From the IMG/VR virus record IMGVR_UViG_3300029305_002471, positions 7,669-71,668 of that record: 64,000 bases of DNA; one strand, 5' to 3'. A program made the translations under genes and the position numbers. The notes under the pieces were generated by a model. The model worked only from the letters and a program-made list of their open reading frames with translations, did not search any database and was not told the DNA's origin. The stretch comes from a virus (lineage: Duplodnaviria > Caudoviricetes). Shown here in pieces: positions 47,386 through 59,441 of this stretch. How positions within the stretch are numbered: the stretch's first letter is position 1; the number at the start of each line of letters is the position of its first letter.

Positions 47386-50300
47386 CTTCTACAATTCCTC
47401 CTTGATAGCGTTCGGTTTGAAGAACCAAATCACCATCAATAATATCATTTATTTTGTAGAGTTGGTGTCCACCAGAGCTAGCATATTTCTTCGGTAAGAA
47501 CGCGTCCCCTGAACGAATGCCTTGAACCAAAATCATATTACCACGATTAAACCAAGACTTTTCAATAACTTTCTTGGTTCCATCAGAATACTTTTCTGAA
47601 ATTTGTTTATCAAATAAACTAAAATATTCTTTACGGAATTTAACTGTTACTACGCCGTCTACAGTAAGTAAAGTAACTGTTGCTTTTGCTTTATCTTTTG
47701 CAATACAAGTTCCACAAATTTTAGTAAGTTTAAATAATTTAATTTCTTTATCGCCTTTCCAAAAGGTTCTATCAACTACCGGGTCTTCGGGTAGCTCAAA
47801 GAAATTACTTAAACCATATTTACTCACATTCACATTGGCTAACTCATGTTCATGATAATAGAAACAGAGAACTTCCATTTCCCAGGCTGAAATATTGCCT
47901 TTACCTGCATATTTACCCCAATCCTCTAAAAAGATGATTTTATTTAGTTCCTTTAAAATATTTTCTTTATCATCCGCAATCCAGTTTCTAAAGATATCCA
48001 TGTACTTTTGATATACTTTATCCCATTTCTTTGTATCAATAAACCAGGCCAAATTGTCTGTTGTAATTAAATCATCACATTCAATTTCATTTAAAAAAGC
48101 TAAAGCTCTTTCATCTAAAGTATAAAAACCATCATAAGAGCAAGAATCAGCTTTAGTAATAGCCTTTAAATATCGATTAAATTCATATACACGTTTTGGT
48201 AATACAAATTCTTCTGTATCGGGAATAATATTATACTTTAATAAGCCTGGCATGTTTTGTAGGGTTAATCGAGATTTCTTATCACAAGTCTCCCATAGAT
48301 ACCAGGCCATAGCAAATTTGCGGTCCTCGAGCTCATCAAAAGCTCCACCTTTAATAAGAGAAATCATAGAAGATTTTTTAGGATTCACTTTTGTTACAAA
48401 GTCTTTAATAGACGTATAGGGCCGATTATTCATAACTTGTTGAATAACTTCTTCGCCTACGTTTAGCATGCCACGTAACCCAAAAATAATTTGATTATTT
48501 TCAGCGTCAGGGTAAAAAGTGTATTGAGACTTATTGATATCGGGAGGTTTAATATTAATACCTTCTGACATCATTTTACCAATGGCTGAGGCAATTTTAT
48601 CATAGTTATTGGCGCGTTTTTTCTTTACCTTTGTTTTTCGGTCTGGTGCGTCGATATATTCATATTCAGAGAAATCCTCTGGCTCATAAATATCTACTAC
48701 TTCTTCTATTGGCTCATCTGTGTCAGGGTCTTCTGCTCCGCCGCTATCAGTAATAAGGCAAGCGCAATTCCAGAAGATAACAGGGTATTTATGGGCGAGA
48801 TTCATTTCTTGAAGCGCTACAAAAGAATAGGCTAGAGTATGCGCTCTGCAAAAACTATATCCTCTCTGTACGCGTAAAAGCACATCCCAAACATAATGTG
48901 CTAAAGTCATATTACAATTTTTTTGTGCAGCATTTTCAAAAAATTCTTTTTCACACTTTTCAAACAGAGGGCCAATCTTTTTTGCCAAAGCTTTACGAGC
49001 TGAGTCAGCAAAACCTAAGGAGTTGCCGCCAAGGCGTTCTTCTTGAACCAAGGACATTAGACCTTCTTGAGATTCGCAAATTCCATCTGTTATAGCAGAG
49101 TGATTGCGCAACCATTCGATATCTTCTTCAGCAAGTCCATAATCTTTCATTTCTTGATACCATAAATTAATGTTTTTACGATATTTAGCCCAAGTTTCAA
49201 GTGGTTGTTCTGCTCCTTTTTCAGAAGCCATTAGTCTAATAACAGAGTTTAAAACTGCCAATTCACTAATGTTTTTGGGTTTTGCGAGAGCAATACCTTG
49301 AATACCACTTTGTTTTTCCATTTGAAACAGAGAAAGAATTTCATGATTCCATACCATATTCCACATTGCAGGGTCTTCTCTTTCAAGATTATAAATGCCT
49401 ATTGCTTTTTCATAGGTGTCTTTTAATGTGTCTTCTGGAATAATATATCCCTGATTAACTAAAAGGTCTAAACAAGTGTGAATTTTATCTAATGCTTCAA
49501 CACTAAGAAGGTCGATTTTAATTAGGCTAGCTGCCTCTGAAGTGTGCAAGTCAAATTGAGTTACAATGTCACCATTTGGTACTCGCATTAGGGCGGTTGA
49601 TTCTGTAAAAGGCTCGTCAACAAAGATAACACCGCCCGCATGTTCTCCGATTCCGCAAACCAATCCCTCGATTTTTTGAGCTACCGCCCAAAGCTCGGGA
49701 TTATTATTCATTTCATTAACAAATAATGATACTGGTAAAAATTCTTTTTCAGTATCTCCATAATAACATTGTTTCAAAGTTCTGGCTTGGCCACGGTCAC
49801 TAGGTACAAGAGAGGAGATGTAAAGCGCTTCGTCTACATCTATGCCCAATCCGCGCGCTGCTGTTTGAATTGCGCTTTTGGATTTTTCTGTTTTAAAGGT
49901 AACAACATTAGCTACCCTATCCTCTCCATAAACCTTACGCAAATGCGCAAGAACCTCGGCTCTACGTCCTCCCTCGATATCAGTATCAATATCAAGAACA
50001 CTTTTACGTTCTGGATTTAAGAAACGCCAAGGAAATAGTGCTGTCTGTTCCCAACATTTATTGATTTGTATAATATCCAAGAGATAAAGTAATAAGAAGC
50101 CAACGCCTGAGCCTCGACCAGGGCCGATTAGCGTTCCTGCCGCCCAGCACTCTTCAATAATATTTTGAAGATTAAGGAAATAAGCACTCCAATGTGTATT
50201 ATTAACTTCTGAAGAAATCCATGTCATTTCTAGATTTCCATTTAGCTCTTGGTAAATTTCATCATTTTGTAATCTTGGGTCACCCTCTATTTTTTCAATA

Positions 50301-51349
50301 GCGAGTTCTACAAGTCTTCTGTCTCCCTCAAAAGAGGAGTGATAAAAAGTTGTTAAATATGGAATTTTTTCAAAATAAAAATTAGGAATATATTTTATTG
50401 TTGGAGTTTTCCATTTTAATGAAGGAATTTTTAATGGTTTTTTTAATGTAAAATCTTCTACACGATTTTTAATTTCAATAATATTTTGATAGGCTCTATT
50501 TAAATCTTCTTTGGATAAATTTCCCATATATGATTCAAGTTCTTCAGTTCCCATCATGTAAGTGGTTGCATAGAACGAATCAACTTCACGCTCACCCTCT
50601 TGCGCATTTAGAAAAGCTTTATGTATAGGGGCGTCTTCTTTGCGGAGATAATGGGTATCTGTTGTAATAATATATGGAATATTTAATTCCTTTGAAAGCT
50701 GTAAAATAATTTCATTCGCAAGTTTTTGTTCAGCGTTAGCAGAAGGTTGCATTTCTAAATAAAAATTTCCGCGACCAAAAACCCTTTCCATTTGTAGACA
50801 CCAATTTTGAATTTTTTCATAAAAACCTTTTTGTCTACCTTGCGCATCCCATTGTAAAATTTTAGTACCTAAAAATCCACCTAAACAGGCCGTAGAACCA
50901 ATAACATTTCCAGGATTAGAACCAATTATATCAATTAAATCTTGATAATAGGTAGGCACTCTACGCATTTTACCATTCATCCATGAGCGTTGCCAAGCTC
51001 TTGTAGATAGCTCTCTAATTTGTTTATGGCCCTCCGCATTTAGCGCAAGAAGCACAAAATGAAAATATTTATCTTCTCCTCTAATAAAGTTTTCTGCGGT
51101 AAGCCCATCTCGGCAAAGATAAATTTCATTACCTAAAATGACTTTAAAATTAGGATTTTTTTCTTTTATTTTATTATAATAATCTTCTATTTCCATTGCA
51201 TTAGAAATGGTTTCGTGCTCTGTAAAGGCAATAGTTTCATGACCAAGTTCAATGGCATAGTCTATTAATTCGTTTACACGAACAATTGCGTCACGCAAAC
51301 GAAGATTACTATAGTGTGTATGATTATGAAGACTACCAGGGTAGTTCAA
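47378..51349 (-). CDS. dnaE: DNA polymerase III alpha subunit (DnaE-type, PHP domain; 1323 aa, no TAG)
   Basis: HNHTHYS PHP, GPGRGSG, LDIDTD, HAGG, KIDLL, GYSFCRAH, OB-fold C-terminus. Confidence 0.95.
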   Translation of the reverse strand: MNYPGSLHNHTHYSNLRLRDAIVRVNELIDYAIELGHETIAFTEHETISNAMEIEDYYNKIKEKNPNFKVILGNEIYLCRDGLTAENFIRGEDKYFHFVLLALNAEGHKQIRELSTRAWQRSWMNGKMRRVPTYYQDLIDIIGSNPGNVIGSTACLGGFLGTKILQWDAQGRQKGFYEKIQNWCLQMERVFGRGNFYLEMQPSANAEQKLANEIILQLSKELNIPYIITTDTHYLRKEDAPIHKAFLNAQEGEREVDSFYATTYMMGTEELESYMGNLSKEDLNRAYQNIIEIKNRVEDFTLKKPLKIPSLKWKTPTIKYIPNFYFEKIPYLTTFYHSSFEGDRRLVELAIEKIEGDPRLQNDEIYQELNGNLEMTWISSEVNNTHWSAYFLNLQNIIEECWAAGTLIGPGRGSGVGFLLLYLLDIIQINKCWEQTALFPWRFLNPERKSVLDIDTDIEGGRRAEVLAHLRKVYGEDRVANVVTFKTEKSKSAIQTAARGLGIDVDEALYISSLVPSDRGQARTLKQCYYGDTEKEFLPVSLFVNEMNNNPELWAVAQKIEGLVCGIGEHAGGVIFVDEPFTESTALMRVPNGDIVTQFDLHTSEAASLIKIDLLSVEALDKIHTCLDLLVNQGYIIPEDTLKDTYEKAIGIYNLEREDPAMWNMVWNHEILSLFQMEKQSGIQGIALAKPKNISELAVLNSVIRLMASEKGAEQPLETWAKYRKNINLWYQEMKDYGLAEEDIEWLRNHSAITDGICESQEGLMSLVQEERLGGNSLGFADSARKALAKKIGPLFEKCEKEFFENAAQKNCNMTLAHYVWDVLLRVQRGYSFCRAHTLAYSFVALQEMNLAHKYPVIFWNCACLITDSGGAEDPDTDEPIEEVVDIYEPEDFSEYEYIDAPDRKTKVKKKRANNYDKIASAIGKMMSEGINIKPPDINKSQYTFYPDAENNQIIFGLRGMLNVGEEVIQQVMNNRPYTSIKDFVTKVNPKKSSMISLIKGGAFDELEDRKFAMAWYLWETCDKKSRLTLQNMPGLLKYNIIPDTEEFVLPKRVYEFNRYLKAITKADSCSYDGFYTLDERALAFLNEIECDDLITTDNLAWFIDTKKWDKVYQKYMDIFRNWIADDKENILKELNKIIFLEDWGKYAGKGNISAWEMEVLCFYYHEHELANVNVSKYGLSNFFELPEDPVVDRTFWKGDKEIKLFKLTKICGTCIAKDKAKATVTLLTVDGVVTVKFRKEYFSLFDKQISEKYSDGTKKVIEKSWFNRGNMILVQGIRSGDAFLPKKYASSGGHQLYKINDIIDGDLVLQTERYQGGIVEDE

Positions 51350-51380
51350 TTATATCACATCCTTTATAAGATATAATTAT

Positions 51381-51409
51381 ATTATATCAAATATTTTCAC
51401 TAATGTCAA
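51381..51409 (-). promoter_or_regulatory. Perfect sigma-A promoter for dnaE
   Basis: TTGACA-17-TATAAT. Confidence 0.85.
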
Positions 51410-51566
51410 TTGAGGGCGCGGCAGCCTCTATCGCGTCTAGCAGGGTCTGTAAGATAAAGGCGGCCGAACTAAATTGTGTAGTATGTGAAAGTAAATATTG
51501 GGCGAACTCGGGTGCTTCAACAACATTTTTTACTTCATCTAAATCAACTTCAACTTCAAAATCCAT
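51387..51566 (-). CDS. Small hypothetical protein (59 aa)
   Basis: AGGAG RBS, ATG 51566, TGA 51387. Confidence 0.5.
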   Translation of the reverse strand: MDFEVEVDLDEVKNVVEAPEFAQYLLSHTTQFSSAAFILQTLLDAIEAAAPSIDISENI

Positions 51567-51578
51567 TTTATTTTCTCC

Positions 51579-52775
51579 TTATTTTTTAATTACTAATAAT
51601 TTATCACTAGCCCTTGTACAAGCTGTATATAGCCACCGAGCGTGTTCGGTGCTTTCATTTGGGAACCATTCTTCAAATACCGCAACCTTTGGCCACTGAC
51701 TGCCCTAAGCTTTATGGGTCGTAATTGCGTAAGCATAAGAGAATTCATAGGGTGCATTAATATAATTTTTATTTTTATTTAAATTATAAACTTGCTGCGG
51801 AGTTAAAAAACTTTCGCCAGTAGTTAAACAATGATAATCAATTGGAACAAAATTAAAGCTATCACCATCATCTAAACTAATATTTGTAAACATATATGGA
51901 ACCGGTCCTCTTGGACTTAAATATCGAGGCAACCACATGTCTTCCTTATCAAAATATTCAATAGTACCAATAGAACCATTGGTTAATGCCCAAGTACCAT
52001 TGGTAGAAGAGTCATCCCAATGATTGCGTAGCGATATAATTTTATCACCAATGCAAGGTTCTGGCCCAAATCCCTTGAGTTCGCGCATCTCATTATTTAT
52101 CTTTATTCTTTGCCTATTGGTCGCACATAAAATTTGGTCCGCCCATTCATACATTCCAGTTACGACTTCTAATTTATCAAGAACTTGAACCTGTTCTTTT
52201 GAGCAAGGATAAAGGGCTAGGGGTTTGCCTGCACGAATCCACATAGACAAACGAATAATTTCACTGTCTTGTGCTTGTCGCATAATTTCATCAAGGAAAA
52301 TATGCGGATGGTCTAGGACATGATTATCGTCATTTGGGTCAATTGCTGGTAACTAAAAGGGGTCTCCAAGAGCTATGATATATACTGGATGACGTAGTAA
52401 TTGTTGCCATAGGCTGGTCGGCAGCATAGATACTTCATCGACAACAATGACTTTATACTCTTGCTCAAGAGTGTCTCTTGGAATAAATTTGTAGCTTCCA
52501 TTGGGCATGGGCTTTGCTCGATATAACAACTTGTGTGCGGTTGTGGCATTGGGGCAACCCTTTTGAGATAAGACGGCGGCCGCCTTACCAGTAAAAGCGA
52601 CATAAGCGACTTGGCTATTTGGGTCTATATCTAATGCGCTAATAATAAATTTTACGAGGGTCGACTTACCTGAACCCGCATATCCAGATATTACTGTATA
52701 TTTTTCACCGCGCTTATAGCGCTCAACAGCCTCGCGCAGTCCCTATTCTTGTTTATTTGTTAAAACTATACTCAA
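51579..52775 (-). CDS. Dda/RecD-like SF1B helicase (398 aa)
   Basis: GYAGSGKST Walker A, VVDEVSM, LGDPFQL, IMRQ, AITTHKAQGSQW (Q=TAG), YTACTRA. Confidence 0.9.
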
Positions 52776-52797
52776 ATTATCACCTACTTTTTTATTC

Positions 52798-53172
52798 TTA
52801 TTTTAAATTCTTTAAGAACATATTGTTTTTCTCAATTTCATCCCAAAAATCCCCAGAGAGAATTTTATCCTGGCTTTCGGAGTTTTCGCTCGCGCTCGTT
52901 GCAATCTTCTCGCTTAAATGTTTATATAGTGCATTTTCTACTTCACATAGTCTAAGAGATAAAACTTTAGCACCTTCACGCACTTGTCTAAAAGCATCTT
53001 CAATCGAAGTATAATAATCTCCATCTAAATGGTCTAACCTTCTTGATATTTCATCAATTTTGTTACCATTTATTTCAATAGAAGTCATTTGTGAATTTAT
53101 TTGCGCCATACTTTCCTCCAAATAAAAAATAGGGTTATACAAGATATTCTCTTGTATAACCCTTACTATCAA
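52798..53172 (-). CDS. Hypothetical coiled-coil protein
   Basis: Intact ORF; exact start uncertain. Confidence 0.55.
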   Translation of the reverse strand: MIVRVIQENILYNPIFYLEESMAQINSQMTSIEINGNKIDEISRRLDHLDGDYYTSIEDAFRQVREGAKVLSLRLCEVENALYKHLSEKIATSASENSESQDKILSGDFWDEIEKNNMFLKNLK

Positions 53173-53966
53173 TCAACAAAATAATCATATGCGATGCGTG
53201 CGTATCCTTTGCGGCAATTTCTTGCCCAATCTGCGCAACGCTCAAAATAAACCGCGAATTTATAGGCTGCCTCTTCTGGAGAAGTTGCATTCATAATAGC
53301 GTTTAATTGTGCGTCACTTACTTGTTTACGCACGCCATTAGTGCCGAACAATTCGTCTTTCATAAAATATAGTTGTTGTTCGAGGCTAGGATGGTCACCG
53401 TATATGGCTTTAATATCTGCTCGACGCTGCCCAATCCATTGAATTAATCCATATCCACTAGACCCATTTACACTCCAATTGTCCAATGCATATAGAGTAC
53501 CACCAGCTACTTCAGCCATCATATTACCCATAATACCGGCGCATACGATATCATTCCAACCAAATTCTTCTTTCATAATCCTCCAAATTTGAGTGGCTTC
53601 TGGGTACTCACTCATTTTCTCTCCCCAGATTCTTTGCTCTTCTTCTAAAAGTAATAATAATTCATAATCTGTGGTATATTGAGTTAAAATTGTTTGCACT
53701 CGTAACAACTCTGTTTCAACATTTACTTGTTGTAGTAAATATTCTATATAAGATTGACATTGTTCAATCTGTTTCAAACAGTTGTTTGAAGTATTTTGTT
53801 CGACATATTGAAATTCTAGATAAATAACTGGCGCTTGCGTTGTTTCTTCAATAGTTTCATTTATTGAATTATTATACATAGAACTATGCGTAATAATAGT
53901 TACTGACGATAATAAAGCCAGTATACCCAATAATATCAATATAAATCTTACTACATACTTTTTCAT
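53169..53966 (-). CDS. Signal-anchored muramidase with a phage-tail-lysozyme-type catalytic domain (265 aa, no TAG)
   Basis: N-terminal KK plus hydrophobic helix; AGIMGNMMAE, GYGLIQW, LEQQLYFMKDEL, AAYKFAVYFER pattern. Confidence 0.75.
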   Translation of the reverse strand: MKKYVVRFILILLGILALLSSVTIITHSSMYNNSINETIEETTQAPVIYLEFQYVEQNTSNNCLKQIEQCQSYIEYLLQQVNVETELLRVQTILTQYTTDYELLLLLEEEQRIWGEKMSEYPEATQIWRIMKEEFGWNDIVCAGIMGNMMAEVAGGTLYALDNWSVNGSSGYGLIQWIGQRRADIKAIYGDHPSLEQQLYFMKDELFGTNGVRKQVSDAQLNAIMNATSPEEAAYKFAVYFERCADWARNCRKGYARIAYDYFVD

Positions 53967-54056
53967 AATAATTGTATCCTCCTAATATTACTATTAGGTT
54001 CTGTTATGTCAATTATTAGAACAATAGACTGTCCTTCTATTAGATTTCACTAATAA

Positions 54057-55805
54057 TTAAAAATAATAATGTTGTGTTTTGACAATTTCATAATCCTCTA
54101 TTAGAATTTGAGGACTTACATAACCATTCCATACGTTTTTCTGGAAATGACCAATAACATTAATAGTAACATAACCCAAGTCAGAACATAATTTATTATA
54201 TTCTTCCTCAGACGAACCGAATCTAATCAAACTGATATCTTGACCATCGGTAGGTACTGTAATTTTCAGAGTCGTTTCTTTTAATAAAGTAATATTTTCA
54301 TTGGTAATTCGAATATTTTTTACTAAAACGAAAGGCTCTTCTACGCCCTACCCCCAAAGACCTTCATAATTTGCGATTTCTAATACGTCATTACCTGTCA
54401 AAACTTCGGCATCATAAATCAAATCTACAAAGTATTTTTGGGAAAAGTCGAAGTCTGCTAAAGCGTGGTTCGCATAATCAGTAAACAGACACACTTTTTC
54501 ATCTTTTATAGAAGCTCCAAAAGCTCCTTCATGTCCTTGTGCCATTTCGAAATAACCACTATTATCAAGAAAGCTGCGGAATGTAGTGAAAGCACTTTGT
54601 GAAAAAATTCTTCCTGAACCAGACCATAGTATAGTTTTATCTTCTTGGACAGTTTTGTTAAGTATTAAAGTTGGTTTCTAATACTCATTAGCAATTTTAG
54701 TTGCTACTAAACCAGTTAGGTTTTTATCAATACTATGTTCTTCATCTAGCTTTACAATAATAATTTGATTCTTTAACAAATCTTCTTGTTCGATAATTTG
54801 TTCAATTATCTTCAGGCTATTGTCTCTTGCTTTGTTTTGCCTATTTTTGATATTTGTGCAATTACGACAAGCCTGTTCTACTACTGTTTCATATGTTCCC
54901 TTAAAGCCTCTTTTTGTAGAGGGAATTTGCTAATAGGCTTTATAATCTAACATAGATTCAAATAGTAGGAGCTTTTCTTCTTGCGTGCCACATCTAGTAG
55001 TTGCGTTTATGTATGGCGCAATATAAAAAGCTACTCCAAAAGGTGTGATGTTTCCTTTCAATGAAAAGTCATTTTTAATTGTCATTGTACGGAAAAAAGG
55101 ATTGATAATGTTTTGTATTCCAAGATTGATGATATGCTTTGTTTCAAAATCATTGAGCGGCATAACATCTGCTATAATTCCTAATGCGGCCAGGTCAAGA
55201 AATTGGTCAGCATTATGAATACCAAGCTTTTCATCTATATAACTACAAAATTTATAAACCATACCAACTCCCGAAAGTGATTTAGTGGGATAATCACATA
55301 GCTGGTTATTTATAATACACGCATACTCGCTTATCTTTTCGGCCTCATGATGGTCAATAACTAACACATCAACGCCGCGTTCAGCAAGTGCGTGATGAAC
55401 TTCGTAATCATTGCTTGAACTGTCCGGAGCGATTACTAGTTTCACATCTTCTGGAATTGTATCGAGAATAAGTCCATGCTATTTACCATCGTGTAGACGA
55501 TAAATAATATTATTTTGTGTAAATCCTGGAAATAATGAATTAAGATAATTTAACAAAAACGCTGAACTCGTATAACCATCACAATCACTGTCCACTTGAA
55601 GAAACACTTTACTTTCTCGATTAATGTGATGAATTAACATTTTTACACCTTCTTGTAAATTTTTTATTAAAGAAGGTGGAAGAATGTCTTCATCAGTTGT
55701 GTTTAAATAATGTCTAATATCCTATAACAAGATGCCTCGATTAAATAGAACTTGTTCTATAGGGGAAGTGCCGGGAATCCGACGACACAGAAGCTAATAA
55801 TTCAA
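54057..55805 (-). CDS. recJ: RecJ-like DHH ssDNA exonuclease (582 aa)
   Basis: VDSDCDGYTS, IDHH, LSGVG, IADVM, NATTR, GHEGAFG, WGQG (Q=TAG). Confidence 0.9.
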
Positions 55806-55862
55806 AGCATCATCACCCACTTTATATTTGAAAATTTCGTCATATAAATTGTCTCCTTTTGC

Positions 55863-56975
55863 TTAAAGAGATATTCTTTCTTTAAAGAGTTTCAGGAAAA
55901 TATCTGGTCCTCGGTCTATAGGTGCATCCTTATAACCAGTAATCATTTTCTTATCAAATATAAAACTAATTTTTACATCGTTCTTATATTTATTATGAAT
56001 TTTAGTTAAATTATTAACTAAATGTTTAAATTCGTCATCATTTATCTTTTGAAATTGTCGGTCTAGAGCAACAATAATTTCTTGCGCCCCCGCTTCCAAG
56101 AGCATGTGAATATGATATACTGAAATATTACTGCCGCAGCAGGCTACCGCAATATTATTTTCAATACCAAAATAAGACATATATAATAATACTGACTTTT
56201 CCGATTCAAAGATAATTGCTTTGCCCAAAGCCTTTATATTATCTTTTGCCCAGTTTAAACCATATAAATTCATACCAAGGGGATGGTTGAACCATTCGTT
56301 TTTCATTATTTTAACTGGTCTATATTTTCCAAATCTTTCTACATCATCTTGCGCCATAGACCGCCCGCGCAAACCAATGAATCGATTATTGGCATCAAAA
56401 TGAGGGATTGTAATTTGGTCAGCCCCTGGAAAATATCCTATGCAAGCCTTATCTATGGCTTCTTGCGCAATACCTTCTTTTAACCATGGAGTAATTTTTA
56501 CATTATAATTAAGATGTTTTAGAATGGTATTATTATATTCTTTGAGTTCAACTGAATAATCTTTCTATTCTATCTCTTGGATACGAGAATATGACTCAAA
56601 TATTCGCCAGTCTTCACCAATATCTTCCTCTCCTGTTACATATTCACCAGAAATACCAAACTTTCCAGCGATATATCTAACCGCATCATTTAAATCAATA
56701 TCTTTATCATATTGTATTTTAAATACTTTGATTGTAAGTTCGAAAATATCAAAGGTTGGGTCAGCGCAACCTGTATAACAACGAAACAAAGTTGTATTAC
56801 TATAAAAATATAACTTTCGTGACCCTTGACCGGGAGGATTATGGCAAATAGTAGAACACATAATACCAAAGTCAGTATATTGAGGGTCTCCTCCCCAGTC
56901 ATTTAAAACATCAAAAACATTCTCAATAGATAAACTATCTCGAATTTGTTGTTTATCAAAGCTTATCAAGCTCAA
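55863..56975 (-). CDS. dnaG: DNA primase (Zn-binding plus TOPRIM; 370 aa, one TAG)
   Basis: TICHN..CYTGC, IPHF..IGLRGR, IFESEKS, ALD TOPRIM; two track fragments in frame. Confidence 0.8.
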
Positions 56976-57192
56976 TCAACACCCTTACGCACTTGTCTTT
57001 TAAACCCATTTGAGTGTTAACATAATTACAAAGTACTTCTTGCTTATTTTTCTTTGGGCCTTTATGAACCTTCATAATATGGTCTGCTAATGCCGCAGAC
57101 ATGGTATATTCTACGCTGCCACATCGTTCACTTAAGTTGCCATCTTTCATAATTGACATACTAAATTTTTCAGTTTTTCTAATCATAATCAA
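56956..57192 (-). CDS. Small hypothetical protein (78 aa)
   Basis: Intact ORF overlapping both neighbours. Confidence 0.6.
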   Translation of the reverse strand: MIMIRKTEKFSMSIMKDGNLSERCGSVEYTMSAALADHIMKVHKGPKKNKQEVLCNYVNTQMGLKDKCVRVLIELDKL

Positions 57193-58718
57193 AAAGCTCC
57201 TTTATCGTCAGTTAGAATTTTTAAATCGTTTATTGCTATAATTTCATAATCGTAGGTGGTAGCAAACATTGGTTTAACTCTACAAGTTCCTAAATCTGCG
57301 TCACACCATAAATATATGCCTTTATATCTACCTCGTCTGTTTTTATAAATAGACATTTTTAAATTGGGTCTATTAAATACATTAGAAGTTAAAATTTTGC
57401 CTAAGGCCTCAATGTCTTCACTTTTGACCGGCAATACAATTGCACCCCAGTCGATTTTATCTGCGATTGCTTTTGCACCTCGCAATAAATTTTGGTCAGG
57501 CGTTTCAGCATCTGTATACTGGCCATTTAACTGAGTAGAAGAAATAATAAAAATACCATATTGATTACATATATCTTTTAATCGAATTGATAGCATAAAT
57601 AAGATATTATCTTCGCGCAATTTTACACCGCCTGAACGACGAGTAATTTCTTCTAGGATTTTAAGAGAAGTATGAATATAGTCAAAACAACAATATTTTA
57701 TATCATGTTCACGAATATTTTTCTTAATTTTATCTTCAACATCTTGAAGAGAGAAATCTGGCATAACCTCAATATAAATTGGGCTTTCAGATAAAATCCT
57801 AGCCGCTTCAATTATTCGAGATTCTTCATCACCTTCATATTTACCATTCAGAATATGGTCTTCATTTACGCAAGCCAAAAAGGCTAACATCATAGTTTGG
57901 ATTTCATCTTTTTCCTGTTCTGTTGTAATATATAAAACTGGTTCAGCAGTTCCATTTTTTATCCACCCAAAATTTTCGTCATAAATACGATTACAGCCAA
58001 TATAACATGCGTCAGCAATCATCATACGGCTTTTACCTACACCAGTTGGTGCTGACCGCAAATAGAACTTTTTTAGTCTGGCACCGCGTGTAACTGTGTT
58101 AATAAGCGGTCCATACATTGGTACTCCTACTTCTGGACGTTCTTTTAATCTATCTATCAAATCATAAACGCCATCTCCAGCCTGTATTGCTTCGCCATAT
58201 TCATCATCTACATATTTTGCCTTAATAGCTTCAATTCTATCATCTACTTTTTTAGCAATTTCTTCTAAAGAAGCATTGTCTAAATAATCTTCTTGCTCTT
58301 GTTTCTTTTTAATATCAAGAATATTATCTGGGTCATAAATATAGCTAACATCAATACCATAATTATTATAAGCACGAAGTAAAGTCATTTTCTTTAATCG
58401 ATTATAATAATAATCAAAGGTAGAATTCATAGCGACATCAGCCGCTTTAATTAACCACTCTTCACCTTTATTCTTTTGATAAACTACATCACTAGTTGGC
58501 CTACTTTTAAGAAAATCATTTATCGCTTCAATAGAAATACGCTCTGCTCCAGCTTCATGGAGTTTATAAATTGCTCCAAAAACGATTTGATGAAATTTAT
58601 CTTCAAAATCATCTTCTGTAATCCAATATTTATCACTATAATCCAATAGCTAGGGAGTATTAAACACACTGCCTATAACTTGAATTACACTTGTTAAATC
58701 CGTATATTTACTCGGCAT
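57189..58718 (-). CDS. dnaB: DnaB-like replicative helicase (509 aa; single TAG at codon 23)
   Basis: SAPTGVGKS Walker A, FDYIH, SSTQLN, LRGAKAIADKID, KNRRG. Confidence 0.88.
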
Positions 58719-59391
58719 TCTCTACCTCCTCATCGAGAAAACTGAATAATTTCCGTTTTATAATGTTACGCTCGGGGCGCGAAATACGCACCTCTATAAC
58801 TTCTGGCTTAAATTGTTTTATATCTTTGTACATATTTTTTTGTTGTGCTGCCCATAGTCCATAGTAATAATCGCGAGCGTCATTGTAGATATATGGAAGA
58901 ATTCCAACGCCATCATGAGCTTCATCAATTGAGCCGCCGCGAATTTCATAAAAGTAAATAAGTGCTTTTAGCATACCAGAATAAGTAAAATTATATTGAG
59001 AAATATAATCATTTATTTGTTTTTTTGCTCTTGGAGGAACATATTCATACCCAAAAAGTTTCATAATATATTCATCCAATAATTCAGCATCGCTTTTCTC
59101 TCTCTTTGCTTCCTCTTCGGAGCATTTTATATGAGCATATTGTGTATTAGAGATTTGAATATATTCTTCTTTTTTATTTTTACTAATTGGTTTTTTACAA
59201 TATTTGCATAATACTTTATCATTTGGGTCAATAATTTCAAAATCAATTTCTTTATTTAGTTCTGCGTATTTTTGCTACATACAAATCGCATGAGCATATC
59301 GCCTTGCACTACTCTAAACAAAAGGAATTGAATCGCGGTCAAATGATTCTTTGCATATAGGGCAAATTACAGGATGTGCTATTTTTATCAC
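58708..59391 (-). CDS. Double Zn-finger protein upstream of DnaB (~227 aa), possible helicase loader/initiator
   Basis: CPYC...HAIC and CKYC...HIKC; in frame with the 58708 fragment across TAGs; start GTG 59391 or ATA 59382 uncertain. Confidence 0.6.
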
Positions 59392-59412
59392 TTCCTTTTA
59401 TAATATATAAAT

Positions 59413-59441
59413 ATTATATAATAATTTTTATATAAAATCAA
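59413..59441 (-). promoter_or_regulatory. Sigma-A promoter
   Basis: TTGATT-17-TATAAT. Confidence 0.65.

Noticed and set aside
48600-48780. Acidic insertion in DnaE after CLITDSGG as a possible intein
   Set aside because: No C/S start, HN end or LAGLIDADG blocks; it is short and reads as a low-complexity loop.
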